Shown here piece after piece: positions 1 to 12,382 of a stretch of 64,000 nt of DNA (positions are counted from its first letter, which is position 1; each line of letters starts with the position of its first letter). The position numbers and the translations under genes are program-made. Under the pieces are notes generated by a model that saw nothing but the letters and a program-made list of their open reading frames with translations, did not search any database and was not told the origin of the DNA. Source of the stretch: Catajapyx aquilonaris (Eukaryota). The stretch is taken from positions 1 to 64,000 of the forward strand of contig KZ538176.1 in NCBI GenBank assembly GCA_000934665.2. Reading direction: 5' to 3'.

Positions 1-650
1 TTCTTGTTATAATGGCCACCATCCTGAACCGGGTTGACCTACTTGCAATGTTGGACTTTTCCCGGAGGTTTGAAAGCAGGGCCTATTTTTTGCGCTTAAT
101 TTGGTGCTTCCAGCATAGCTGGGAGTACCCGAACATTTTGGTCTTTCATTGCTCATTGTCTGTTCATTGTTTCTGGATGAAATCTGAATTTTTTTCGTGT
201 TTGAATGGCGGCAGTCTGGACCCGAGATGGCCGACTTCCGGTTTTGGACTTTTCCTGGTGGTTTCAGAGGAGGGCCAAAAATTTGGGATCTGTACGATAA
301 CTGGAACTGGCCAATCTTTTTGATTATCGCCACCCATATATATATATATATATGAATGGGAAGAAAAAACGCCAATTTGGGCCCGCTCCTGTTGTGGACC
401 TAGTGGTCCAAATTTCACGACAATTTATTTTTATGGTCCCCGGGTCTGCCCCATCGTCGTATTAAAATTTCAGACTTGCAGCATTTTCCTGTGCCGAACT
501 AGAAAATGCCGAAGTGTAGAGTACGAGTTGGCTCCAGTAAAGATACACGGCAGCGCGAGACGTAAGAGTAAATGAGAGAAGGGGCTATAGTGCGGGTCAG
601 TGGCGGTGGAAGTGGCTGAGACTTGGCGGATGCACTGCCGTGCATCTTGA
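1..650. mobile_element. Probable transposon insertion in intron 3 of copy A (family uncertain, possibly Helitron/Helentron-like non-autonomous)
   Basis: Absent from intron 3 of paralogues B, C and E. Short stem-loop GATGCAC-tgcc-GTGCATC (~629-646) at the junction and an internal (TA)n at ~337-353. The other end is outside the window. Confidence 0.4.
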
Positions 651-724
651 TATTGTAGGCTACCATGCAGGTAACATGTTAGCCATGTAACACTTGCTGT
701 TAATAGCTTCAAATAAACGCTAAC

Positions 725-1028
725 CTTTCGCAGCATATTCTCCGCTTTATCGACGTCAAAGTTCCTTGCTGAAATAATACAATGCTGTAACATGCAAATT
801 CTAACAAGTGCGCTACATAATTGGAGTATCAGAGTTCATGTATAAACCGACCTCTCAACCACTGCAACAGGTACCCGTCATCATCACAAGGTCTTTTAAC
901 GTCAGACACCGCATCTCGAAACTGCATAAAGTACCGGTATATTATATTCACATGATGAAGCTTACATGTTAGTGTATTGAGTTGTTTACCTTTTCTAGGG
1001 CACTCAGCTGTTTGGGACTCAATTCCAT
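725..1028 (-). CDS. SEC14-like (CRAL-TRIO/GOLD) copy A, coding exons 1-3 only; the rest is interrupted or lies off the left edge
   Basis: Exons 990-1028 (MELSPKQLSALEK), ~852-921 (FRDAVSDVKRPCDDDGYLLQWLR) and 725-768 (ARNFDVDKAENMLRK) have GT-AG boundaries and are near-identical to copy C. Similarity to intron 3 of copy C stops at ~650. Confidence 0.85.
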
Positions 1029-1629
1029 CGTGCACTTGACCTCGGATGTTATGCTGAAATTGAAGTGAAAACAATAAAACTACACCCGTGTTGTGGCGAA
1101 TATGACTCAATGTTCGCGGTAACAATGGTATTTCGACCTCGCCTGATAACAAGACATAGTGTGAAATTTACTTGTATGCAACGAAACTCTAACAAGGACA
1201 AACATAATGAACATAATTTCGATATGCAACGACCCCTAGAATCAGTAGAATATATATTTTGATTTATGTAATTTCTCTAATCACAACCACTATTCTAGAG
1301 CCTAGAAATAATATCAGCACACTTCGTTTGAGATATATATCTGATACAAGTCTGATACTTAGTTGGAAGTAGAGATACATTATCTTCAAAATGGACACTC
1401 ACGTTCACAGCAGCGAGATTTCCACTGGACGACTGGAGATTTCCTAATATGTAAAACGAATGCAAACTTTTGGCTTATTGCCGCTAGCACTTTGATAAGA
1501 AGGACAGCACCCTATGCTCCAAATATGGAAAAGAAACAGGACGACTGTTAGCCTATTGACCCAAGAAAAAAACACTGTCAGAAGATAGATTTTAATGCTA
1601 ACATATAACAACTTACATAACTACTTACA

Positions 1630-2150
1630 TGGCTTCTCAAATGTCTGGGGTGGGGGTCCAGGTAGGGAGGGTTGGAGAGGGGTTGGAAGAAGGACGCGGG
1701 GTCAAGACACGGGACTAATTAGCAGGAGGGAGAAGGTGGGTGGTGAGTAAGGACTCAACTTGGCTGGAACAGGGGGGAATCTCGGGGTTGCTATGGTAGT
1801 TACGTTACCATCCAAAAGATGGCAGGGGCATATTGAACCGGGTTTGGCACCACAGATTTCGCCTTCTCTATGCACATCCTAGCTCGCCAAAACACGCTCA
1901 GGACATAATAATAATAATATAAGGAGCCGTCAAAGGGTTAATATAAGGAGGGGGGAGACAGGCAGGCGCGGCGGGAGGGGGGAGGGGAGTATGATTCGGA
2001 TAATATTATTGTTGGATGAACATCATTAACAACATGGGCTACACCGCAGGCAACAGGTGTAGAAAAAAACCGAGGGAAGCGAGTGGTGTACTATGCTTGC
2101 TGCGCCATAGAAAAATGTGAGCGAAGCGAGGGTTTTTTAAAGGGCGGTTA
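1630..2150. repeat. G-rich ~0.5 kb intergenic element, copy 1 of 3
   Basis: Near-identical to ~8725-9262 and ~11543-12072. Long G-tracts and two GAG(C/G)GAAGCGAG motifs. Absent from the B-C spacer. Boundaries approximate. Confidence 0.8.
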
Positions 2151-2454
2151 TAAAATAAGTATTTCTTCAATATTTTATTATATGGGCTACTTTTTTCACT
2201 GCAATAAAGATGCAACTCCTGTATGTATAATATTGCTCCAGTAGCCTACAAATTCAGCCCCGTCGAAGCCAGGAACATGAAAAAATGTCAAAACAATATC
2301 ATTAAAAATATATCCTTTTTTCGTAAAATAATAAGCTAACAACATTCAGGAATATTAACCCAATGGAAGCATGGAATATAGCTATAGATATATTTTCCTA
2401 CAATTACCAAAAACTACCAGATATTTGTGTGAAATCAGCAAAGGCACTAATCGT

Positions 2455-4425
2455 TTAATTGGGTGGCACGACTTGAATGGAGTAGCAGAGATGTTTGCTC
2501 CTGAGTATGCTGTAGCTGTTGTCGAATGTCACCACATCTGTCAAAAGAGAAACCACGGATTTACATGTCATGGGATATGCAGACAGCCATACCGCAAAAC
2601 TTTCAAGGGTTGTGATCAGGGCCCATGAGATTGGTTTAGATTTATATGAGGACTACCTTTTTCAATGTTTAATAAGCTCTGAGGGCTCTACACTTGTACT
2701 TACATTTTCCCTCCTCCAGAGATTGTGTTTGTCCTCGTATCATTGAGTTGCCGCAATCCTTACGTTGACAGGGAACTATTTCCCTCTCGCCATTAACATC
2801 TACGAGTGATATCCCAAAAGCAATGTCATGCGATTCGGTTTGGAACATCCAGCTGCCGATTTGGAGAGAAAAAATTCGAAGAAAAAAATATAAGCCAAAA
2901 ATAATGAGTTAGTACCGGTAATGTATATTTCAAATTGTGAGTCACCTGATTCGAGAGCCTGTTTGTATTATGAGATAATTCAAATTCAATTGGTCACCCT
3001 TTCTAATCGTAACCTCTTCCATGGGTTCATCCAAATCATCCGTTTTGTTACACAAATAGTAAGATTTAGGGACTTCACCTCCCAGTACAATCTGAAAGCG
3101 GGAAATGTAACATGATTGTTGTCCACAAAGGTGTGAAATTAATTTTCCTACCTTGGATGGGCATTTTGGATTACCGTCTGGATCCACCATTGTTCCTCCC
3201 CAGTGCTTGGGCAACTGATCTGGATCTATGAATTCCAAGAGAGCTGGAACCCACTTGGTTCGGTCCGAATCATACATAAAGATCTTGCTCCTGGTGTACT
3301 CATTCATAAAAGGCTTCAACAGGTTAAACACATATGCGAAGAAAGAAGGGGCTGTACGGAGATATTAACACAATAACTTCACAAAGGACACCTTTGATAC
3401 GATCAGGCCTAGAAAGGAACTAGAGCCCACCCTATATGCCTGCTATATTATTTGCCCAATATTATTATGTACTAGAAACCTCACCATTCACAACGAACAT
3501 TCTCTTGAGAAACTCTGGGTAATTTTCCTCCAGTATTGTGTTTAATTTCAAAAACAAGGAGTGGCCTGGAAAGTAGTGAACATTAGAAGAATGATTCAGA
3601 TATCGAGGTATTACAGCGACTTACTCGGGGGATAAATTGCATTCCGAAACGTCAACCCTTCCGAATCACTGATTACAATCCCTTGACCAACAAACTTGCC
3701 ACGCTTTTGGCTTTGCCTGGCCATTTCTCTTCTGCTTTTCTCCATCAATTGAAGAGAACAACGGCACATGTCGTCTATTGCAGCTGACTTCGCAAGACCC
3801 ACAATGTCCGCGTTTCCATTGCAAGCAATTGTGACTGAAAACAGTATAGTGAACTTCGTATAGTGTTACATTACTAGCTGAATTCACTGGTATTCACTTT
3901 GACATAATGGACTTCATAGATTACCTGGACATCCTTCCTTGTCAACACCGCATATACCTTGAGGGTAATACTTTCTCAGCACTTCCGGTGGTTCCCACGA
4001 CTCAATGGTGTCTATGCCATGTTCTTCTCTCCATGCCATTGACTAGTAAATAATTGTGCCGTGTTACTGGTGTTAGCCATGTAACACGTGCTGTTAATTG
4101 CTTCAGATTAACACTTACCTTTCGCAGCATATTCTCCGCTTTCTGGACGTCAAAGTTCCTTGCTGAAATAATACAATGCCACATGCAAATTCTAACAAAT
4201 ACGCTAATTACTTGTATCAGAGTGCAGGGCGGGGTGACCCCTTCAAAACTGACCTCTCAACCACTGCAGCAGGTACCCGTCATCATCACATGGCCTTTTA
4301 ACGTCAGACACCGCATCTCTAAACTGCGTATATAGTACCGGTATATCATATTCACCTGAACAAGCTTGGTCTATTGAGTTGTTTACCTTTTCTAGGGCAC
4401 TCAGCTGTTTGGGACTCAATTCCAT
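2455..4425 (-). CDS. SEC14-like protein copy B, 10 coding exons, ~379 aa
   Basis: Exons 4387-4425, 4254-4323, 4119-4162, 3925-4042, 3625-3834, 3485-3565, 3152-3351, 2946-3091, 2704-2852, 2455-2537 splice in frame (1140 nt). Motifs LLQWLRARNFDV, GVDKEGCP, NYPEFLKRMFVVNAP, LPKHWGGTMVDPDGNPKC and GOLD WMFQTESHDIAFG...FDNSYS. Confidence 0.92.
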
Positions 4426-5449
4426 CGTGAGATGGTCTCGTTTGTTATGCTGAAATTGAAATGAAAACAATAAAACTACAGGCTCCGCATTGTGGTTAGC
4501 GGTAAAAATAATAATCCTTCATTTTATTTTTATTTAAAAACTTTTTTATACTTTGCTAGGACAAAATGTGCATGTACAGTACAGAAAATGTTTCTGATAA
4601 AGATATTCAACATGGCGACAGTAAATATTTGCTAAATAGTCAAAATTAAGTAAATACGATATCAAACAGAGCAATTGAATCGTTCCCAATTTATCACTTA
4701 GTATAGTTGTTCCTAATGACAGGCCTGTTACATAAGTATTTGAAACTAATTCGTAGATCTTCCCTGTCTCTTGTCTCTGGGTTGTGAGAAGCCATCACGG
4801 CGAAAGAATCCCCTTTATTATTTTTTAACTTGCAAAACGACCAGAAACGTTCCAAAAAAATTATCCCTACTATTTTGTGTTAATGGTATTAGATGTGATG
4901 AAATATTTAGAGTCCACTGCATATACTTTACGTCTTCAGTAAATTAGGTCACATCGGTGTTGTAAAAATCTGGCTGTGATCTAATATCCATTTTCATTTG
5001 TCGCCTATTCTTCTATTTTGGCCTGTTTGGCTATTTAGGCCAGTATGTAAAATAGATTAACCAAGTAACATCACTTGACTTTAAAATACCCTGTGAAATT
5101 TTTCCCATGGAGAATATTATTCTTGTGGCACCTTACATGAGTATCACATACTCATGTATATGCTCATGGTAGTAAATGGAGAAGAGTAAGAGATTCACTT
5201 ATCTTAAAATCAACCCACTCACATTCTCAGCAGCAGCGGCAGCGAATCCTCCGTGATTCCAAGTGAATTATTAATATTTCCAATACGTATAAAACAAATG
5301 CAAGGTTTTGGCCTGTCGCCATTCGCACTTTGATAAGAAGGACAGCAACCAGTGCTCCAGATAGCTCAAGGACGCAGAATCATCTTATTGAGATATAAAA
5401 GCATTTTGACTTTCAGATACGTTCCACATAATATACAACATATGCCACT

Positions 5450-5620
5450 CTTCGCGAAGTCGTTCTCCCTCAAATGTTCCGGATTGTAATCATCTTGCAT
5501 CGTACTCAATATGCATGCAGAATAATTATCAAAGGATGTGTGAAAAAGTAACATATGAAAAGTAGTAAACATGGCCTCCGGGCACGTGCATTTGCATAAT
5601 TATTCAATTTGTAAAAATAA
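5450..5620 (-). pseudogene. Decayed SEC14-like fragment (exon 6 plus intron 5 of the F/G/H type)
   Basis: Translates MQDDYNPEHLR, compared with MQEDNYPEHLKK in copy H. Adjacent gatgtgtgaaaaagtaacatatgaaaag resembles H intron sequence gctgtgtgataaaaagtaatatacagaaatg. Confidence 0.55.
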
Positions 5621-6139
5621 GACGCGTTTAGGCATTGATGGGAAAAGTGTAGTTCTGGTTGGTAATTACCTCTCTGCTTGGGAAACCAGTGCACAAGCCA
5701 CGTGGAAAAAGGAAGTGAAAAGGATGAATTCAAATATATACTTCCCCCGAAACATAAAAGGGAAACATTTTTTTCGCTCCAGTGACCTTTATGTAATAAT
5801 AGTTTATTGTGAACATATGGAGGCGGTAATACAATACGTGTTTGTTCAATATTTTTATTATCTAGGCTACTCTTTTCACTGCAATAAAAGATGTAACTCC
5901 TGTATGTATAATATTGCTCCAGTAGACTACAAATTCAGCCCTGTCGAAGCCAGGAACATGAAAAAAAAAACGTTTATCAAAACAATGACATTAAAAATAT
6001 ACGCTTTTTTCGTAAAATAATAAGTTAATAACATTCAGGAATCTTAACTCAATGGAAGCATGGAATAGCTAGATATATTTTCCTACAATCACCAAAAACT
6101 ACCAGATATCTGTGTGAAATCACCAATGGCAGTAATCAT

Positions 6140-8124
6140 TTATTCGGGTGGCACGACTTGAATGGAGTAGAAGAGATGTTTGCTCCTGAGTATGCTGTAG
6201 CTGTTGTCGAATGTCACCACATCTGTCAAAAGAGAAACCATAGACATGCAGACAGCCAGACCGCAAAACCTTCAAGGGTTGTGATCAGGGCCCATGAGAT
6301 TTGGTTAGATTTATATGAGGACTAGCTCTTTCAATAATTAATAAACTTTGGGAGCTCTACGCTTGCACTTACATGTTCCCTCTTCCAGAGATTGTGTTTG
6401 TCCTCGTATCATTGAGTTGCCGCAATCCTTACGTTGACAGGGAACTATTTCCCTCTCGCCATTAACATCTACGAGTGATATCCCAAAAGCAATGTCATGT
6501 GATTCGGTTTGGAACATCCATCTGCCGATTTGGAGAGACAAAATCCGAAGAAAAATATATAAGCCAAAATAATCACTTAGTACGGAATATTTCAAATTGT
6601 GAGTCACCTAATTCCAGAGCCAGATTGTGTTACGAGATAATCCAACTTCAATTTGTCACCCTTTGTGATCGTGGCTTCTTCCATGGGCACATCATAATCA
6701 CCCCTCTTATTACACAAATAGTAAGATTTAGGAACTTCACCTCCCAGTACAATCTGAAAGCGGGAAATGTAACATGATTGTTGTCCACAAAGGTGTGAAC
6801 TGAATTAATTTTCCTACCTTGGATGGGCATTTGGGATTGCCATCTGGATCCACCATCATTCCTCCCCAGTGCTTGGGCAACTGATCTGGATCTATGAATT
6901 CCAAGAGAGCTGGAACCCACTTGGTTCGATCCGAATCATAAACAAATATCTTGCTCCTGGTGTACTCATTCATGAAAGGCTTCACCACGTTAAACACATA
7001 AGCAAAAGAAGTAGGGGCTGTAATGGAAACATTATTACAATAGCTACATACACAATGGACACCTCTGATACAAGCAAGCCTGGACAGGAATTTAATGACA
7101 CCCTAGTACAGTACTAGGAACTTATTTTATACATCACAGTGATATTGACGTAATATTATTGTGTAATGCCTTACCATTCACAATGAACAGTCTCTTGAGA
7201 CACTCAGGGAAATTGTCATCCATTCCTTTAATTAATTTTAATAGCAAGGAATGGCCTGGAATGTGTAGCTACATTTTAGAAGAATGATTCAGACATCGAG
7301 ATATTACAATGACTTACCCGGTGGATAAATTGCCTTCCGAAATGTCAACCCTTCCAAATCCATGATTACAATCCCTTGACCAACAAACTTGCCACGCTTT
7401 TGGCTTTGCCTGGCCATTTCTCTTCTGCTTTCCTCCGTCAATTGAAGAGCTATGCGCCACATGTCGTCTATTGTAGCTGACTTCGCAAGTCCCACAATGT
7501 CCACGTTTCCAGTAGGAGCAATTGCGACTGAAAACAGTATTGCACTTCATATAATGTTACATTACTAACTGAATTCACTGGTATTCCCTTTAACATAATT
7601 ATTGGACTTCACGGATTACCTGGACATCCTTCCTTGTCAACACCGCATATGCCTAGAGGGTAATACTTTCTCAGCACTTCCGGAGGTTCCCACGACTCAA
7701 TGGTATCTACGCCATGTTCTTCTCTCCATGCCATCGACTAGTAAATAATAATATTGTACCATGCAGGTAACATGTTAGCCATGTAACACTTGCTGTTAAT
7801 AGCTTCAAACAAACGCTAACCTTTCGCAGCATATTATCCGCTTTATCGACGTCAAAGTTCCTTGCTGAAATAATACAATGCTGTCACATGCAAATTCTAA
7901 CAAGTGCGCTACATAATTGGAGTATCAGAGTTCATGTATAAACCGACCTCTCAACCACTGCAACAGGTACCCGTCATCATCACATGGCTTTTTAACGTCA
8001 GACACCGCATCTCGAAACTACATAAAGTACCGGTATATTATATTCAAATGATGAAGCTTACATGTTAGTGTATTGAGTTGTTTACCTTTTCTAGGGCACT
8101 CAGCTGTTTGGGACTCAATTCCAT
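6140..8124 (-). CDS. SEC14-like protein copy C, 10 coding exons
   Basis: Same exon structure as B; ATG 8124, TAA 6140-6142. Exons checked by eye are open; ends IQVVPPE*. Confidence 0.9.
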
Positions 8125-8724
8125 CGTGCACTTGACCTCGGATGTTATGCTGAAATTGAAGTGAAAACAATAAAACTACACGCGTGTTATGGCGAATATG
8201 ACTCAATGTTCGCGGTAACAATGATATTTCGACCTCGCCTGATAACAAGACATAGTGTGAAATTTACGTATATGCAACGCACCTCTAACAAGGACAAACA
8301 TAATGATCATAATTTCGATGTGCAACGACCCCTAGAATCAGTAGAATATATATTTTGATTTATGTAATGTCTCTAATCACAACCACTATTCTAGAGCCTT
8401 GAAATAATATCAGCACACTTCGTTTGAGATATATATCTGATGCAAGTCTGTTACTTAGTTGGAAGTAGAGATACATTATCTTCAAAATGGACACTCACGT
8501 TCACAGCAGCGAGATTCCACTGGACGACTGGAGATTTCCTAATACGTAAAACGAATGCAAACTTTTGGCTTATTGCCGCTAGCCCTTATATAAGAAGGAC
8601 AGCACCCTATGCTCCAAATATGAAAAAAAAAACAGGATGACAGTTAGCCTATTGACCCATGAAGAAAACACTGTCAGAAGATAGATTTTAATGCTAACTT
8701 ATAACAACTTACATAACTACTTAT

Positions 8725-9262
8725 ATGGCTTCCCAAATGTCTGGGGTGGGGGTCCAGGTAGGGAGGGTTGGACAAGGGTTGGAAGAAGGACGCGGGGTCA
8801 AGACTCGGGACTAATTAGCAGGATGGAGATTCTGAAGGTGGGTGGTGAGTAAGGACTCAACTTGGCTGGAACAGGGGGGAATCTGGGCGGTGCTATGGTA
8901 GTTATGTTACCATCCAAGAGATGGCAGGAGCATATTGAACTGGGTTTGGCACCACAAATTTCGCCTTCTCTATGCACGTACTAGCTCGCCAAAAAACGCT
9001 CAGGACATACTCATAATATAAGGAGCCGTCAAATGGTTAATATAAGGAGGGGGAGGCAAGCAGGCGCGGCGGGAGGGGAGGAGGGGGGAGGGAGGGAGGG
9101 GAGTATGATTCGGATAATATTATTGTTGGATGAACATCATTAACAACATGGCCTACACCGCAGGCAACAGGTCTAGAAAAAAAACCGAGGGAAGCGAGTG
9201 GTTTTCTATGCTTGCGCCATAGAAAAATGTGAGCGAAGCGAGGGTTTTTTAAGGGCGGTTAT
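8725..9262. repeat. G-rich intergenic element, copy 2 of 3
   Basis: Aligns by eye with 1630-2150; G-tract expanded at ~9071-9102. Confidence 0.8.
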
Positions 9263-9567
9263 AAAATAAATATTTCTTCAATATTTTTATTATCTAGGCT
9301 ACTTTTCACTCCAATAAAATATGGAACTCCTGCATGTATAATATTTCTCCAGTAGCCTACAAATTCAGCTCTGTCAAACCCAGTAACATATAAAAACAGT
9401 TTACCAAAAAAATAGCACTAAAAATATACGTCTTTTTTCGTCAAATAATAATAAGTTTACATTCAGGAATATTAACTCAATGAAAGTATGGAATAGCTAG
9501 ATATATTTTCCTACAATCACCAAAAACTTCAAGATATCTGTGTGAAATCAGCAAATGCACTCATCAT

Positions 9568-10301
9568 TTATTCGGGTGGCACGACTTGAATAGAGTAGCA
9601 GAGATGTTTGCTCCTGAGTATGCTGTAGCTGTTATCGAATGTCACCACATCTGTCAAAAGAGAAACCACACATTTGCACCCATTTACATGTCATAGGACA
9701 TGCAGACAGCCAGACCGCAAAACCTTCCAGGGATGTGATCAGGGCCCATGAGATTTGGTTAGATTTACGAGGATATGAGGACTAGCTCTTTCAATCTAAT
9801 ATGTATTTCCCTTGTATTTAATAAACTTTGAGAGCTCTACGCTTGCACTTACATTTTCCCTCTTCCAGAGATTGTGTTTGTCCTCGTAGCATTGAGTTGC
9901 TGCAATCCATACGTTGACAGGGAACTATTTCCCTCTCGCCATTAACATCTACGAGTGATATCCCAAAAGCAATGTCATGCGATTCGGTTTGGAACATCCA
10001 TCTGCCAATTTGGAGAGAGAAAATCCGAAGAAAAAAATATAAGCCAAAATAATACAAATGTCACATGCAAATTCTAACAAGTGCGCTACATAATTGGAGT
10101 ATCAGAGTTCATGTATAAACCGACCTCTCAACCACTGCAACAGGTACCCGTCATCATCACATGGCTTTTTAACGTCAGACACCGCATCTCGAAACTGCAT
10201 AAAGTACAGGTATATTATATGCACATGATGAAGCTTACATGTTAGTGTATGGAGTTGTTTACCTTTTCTAGGGCACTCAGCTGTTTGGGACTCAATTCCA
10301 T
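9568..10301 (-). pseudogene. SEC14-like copy D, internally deleted (exons 3-8 lost)
   Basis: Exons 1-2 are joined to intron 8 and exons 9-10 at ~10047-10053. Exon 2 ends phase 1 while exon 9 begins phase 2, so normal splicing would frameshift. Confidence 0.88.
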
Positions 10302-10489
10302 CGTGCAGTTGACCTCGGATGTTATGCTGAAATTGAAGTGAAAACAATAAAACTACATCCGTGTTGTGGCGAATATGACTCAATGTTCGTGGTAACAATG
10401 ATATTTCGATCTCGCCTGATAACAGGACATAGTGTGAAATTTACTTGTATGCAACGAACCTCTAACAAGGACAGACATAATGAACATTT

Positions 10490-10831
10490 TTTAAATTGAT
10501 ACCCCGTGCTCGAGCCTTCGGCTCGTTTAGGGGGGTGGCACACCACCATCAGTTTTCTATTTTTGCTTCAATCTCCGTGCAAGGGCTGGTTCAGGATATG
10601 GGGTAGGGAAAGAGATTGTTGGGGAGGGGACACTTGTGCAGGTGCATTGTCCTATGGCTTTTGGGCCATGTGCAGTCCCCCAGGAGGTTAGGTTGCCAGA
10701 CACCTCCTTGGTGCAGGTCAGTGACCCTCCCGACGCAGGTGAAAGGAAGTTCCCCAGGCGGGGATCGAACCTGGGGCCTTTCACTCAGCAAGCCGAGACG
10801 TTACCATCTCGGCCACCACACCTCCCCCCAA
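10490..10831 (-). mobile_element. tRNA-derived SINE, ~340 bp, with 15-bp target-site duplication
   Basis: Minus-strand 5' head has A-box TGGCCGAGATGG and B-box GGTTCGATCCC. The 3' end has stem-loop CGAGCC-GAA-GGCTCG and an A tail. Direct repeat ACATAATGAACATTT at 10475-10489 and 10832-10846; the paralogous site is empty in copy A (~1202). Confidence 0.9.
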
Positions 10832-11542
10832 ACATAATGAACATTTACATAACACGTTGCTGCATAAGTACATTCAACATGGCAGCGTTGAGTATGGTAA
10901 TGAAAGTTGTTATTTTCCCAACTAAGGGTCTAAGCATAATTTATTTCCCTAATTACGTGACTGAGTGTTTTATATAATAACACTGTAATGTCACAATTTT
11001 TCATCAGAACTTTACAAGTTAATTCATGCTGTTATTACTATTAAGAAAAGTTCGCTACCACCTTTTATCTTTTTGAGGAACATTTAGACAACTCACGCCC
11101 ATTCCCATATCTACTGATCAAAAGAGGGTTATTTGTGTGCAACGACCCCTAGAATCAGTAGAATCTATATTTTGATTTATGTAATTTCTCTAATCACAAC
11201 CACTATTCTAGAGCCTAGAAATAATATCAGCACACTTCGTTTGAGATATATCTGATACAAGTCTGATACTTAGTTGGAAGTAGAGATACATTATCTTCAA
11301 AATGGACACTCACGTTCACAGCAGCGAGATTCCCACTGGACGACTGGAGATTTCCTAATACGTAAAACGAATGCAAACTTTTGGCTTATTGCCCCTAGCA
11401 CTTTGATAAGAAGGACAGCACCCTATGCTCCAAATATGAAAAAAAAACAGGACGACTGTTAGCCTATTGACCCACGAAGAAAACACTGTCAGTAGATAGA
11501 TTTTAATGCTAACTTAATATAACAACTTACATAACTACTTAC

Positions 11543-12072
11543 ATGGCTTCCCAAATGTCTGGGGTGGGGGTCCAGGTAGGGAGGTTTGGACAAGGGTTGG
11601 AAGAAGGACGCTGGGTCAAGACTCGGGACTAATTAGCAGGAGGGAGAAGGTGGGTGGTGAGTAAGGACTCAACTTGGCGGGAACAGGGGGGAATCTGGGC
11701 GGTGCTAAGGTAGTTAAGTTACCATCCAAGAGATGGCAGGAGCATATTGAACTGGGTTTGTCACCACAAATTTCGCCTTCTCTATGCACATACTAGCTCG
11801 CCAAAAAACGCTCAGGACATAATGATAATATAAGGAGCCGTCAAATGGTTAATATAAGGAGGGGGAGGCAAGCAGGCGCGGCGGGAGGGGAGGAGGGGGG
11901 AGGATGGGAGGGGAGTATGATTCGGATAATATTATTGTTGGATGAACATCATTAACAACATGGCCTACACCGCAGGCAACAGGTCTAGAAAAAAACCGAG
12001 GGAAGCGAGTGGTTTTCTATGCTTGCGCCATAGAAAAATGTGAGCGAAGCGAGGGTTTTTTAAGGGCGGTTA
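11543..12072. repeat. G-rich intergenic element, copy 3 of 3
   Basis: Aligns by eye with 1630-2150 and 8725-9262. Confidence 0.8.
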
Positions 12073-12382
12073 TAAAATAAGTATTTCTTCAATATTTTTA
12101 TTATATAGGCGACTTTTTTCACTGCAATAAAAGATGCAACTCCTGTATGTATAATATTGCTCCAATAGTATATACAAATTCAGCCCTGTCGAAGCCAGGA
12201 ACATGAAAAAGTGTCAAAACAATATCATTAAAAATATATGCCTTTTTTTCGTAAAATAATAAGCTAATAACATTCAGGAATATTAACCCAATGGAAGCAT
12301 GGAATATAGCTATAGATATATGTTCCTACAATTACCAAAAACTACCAGATATCTGTGTGAAATCAGCAAAGGCACTAATCGT

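Noticed and set aside
5571..6020. 149-aa plus-strand ORF
   Set aside because: Its second half is the antisense 3' flank repeated after B, D and E, where the frame is not kept.
10755..10829. Functional tRNA gene
   Set aside because: It has A and B boxes but no clean cloverleaf, and it continues into a 270-bp body with an A tail and TSD, so it is a SINE head.
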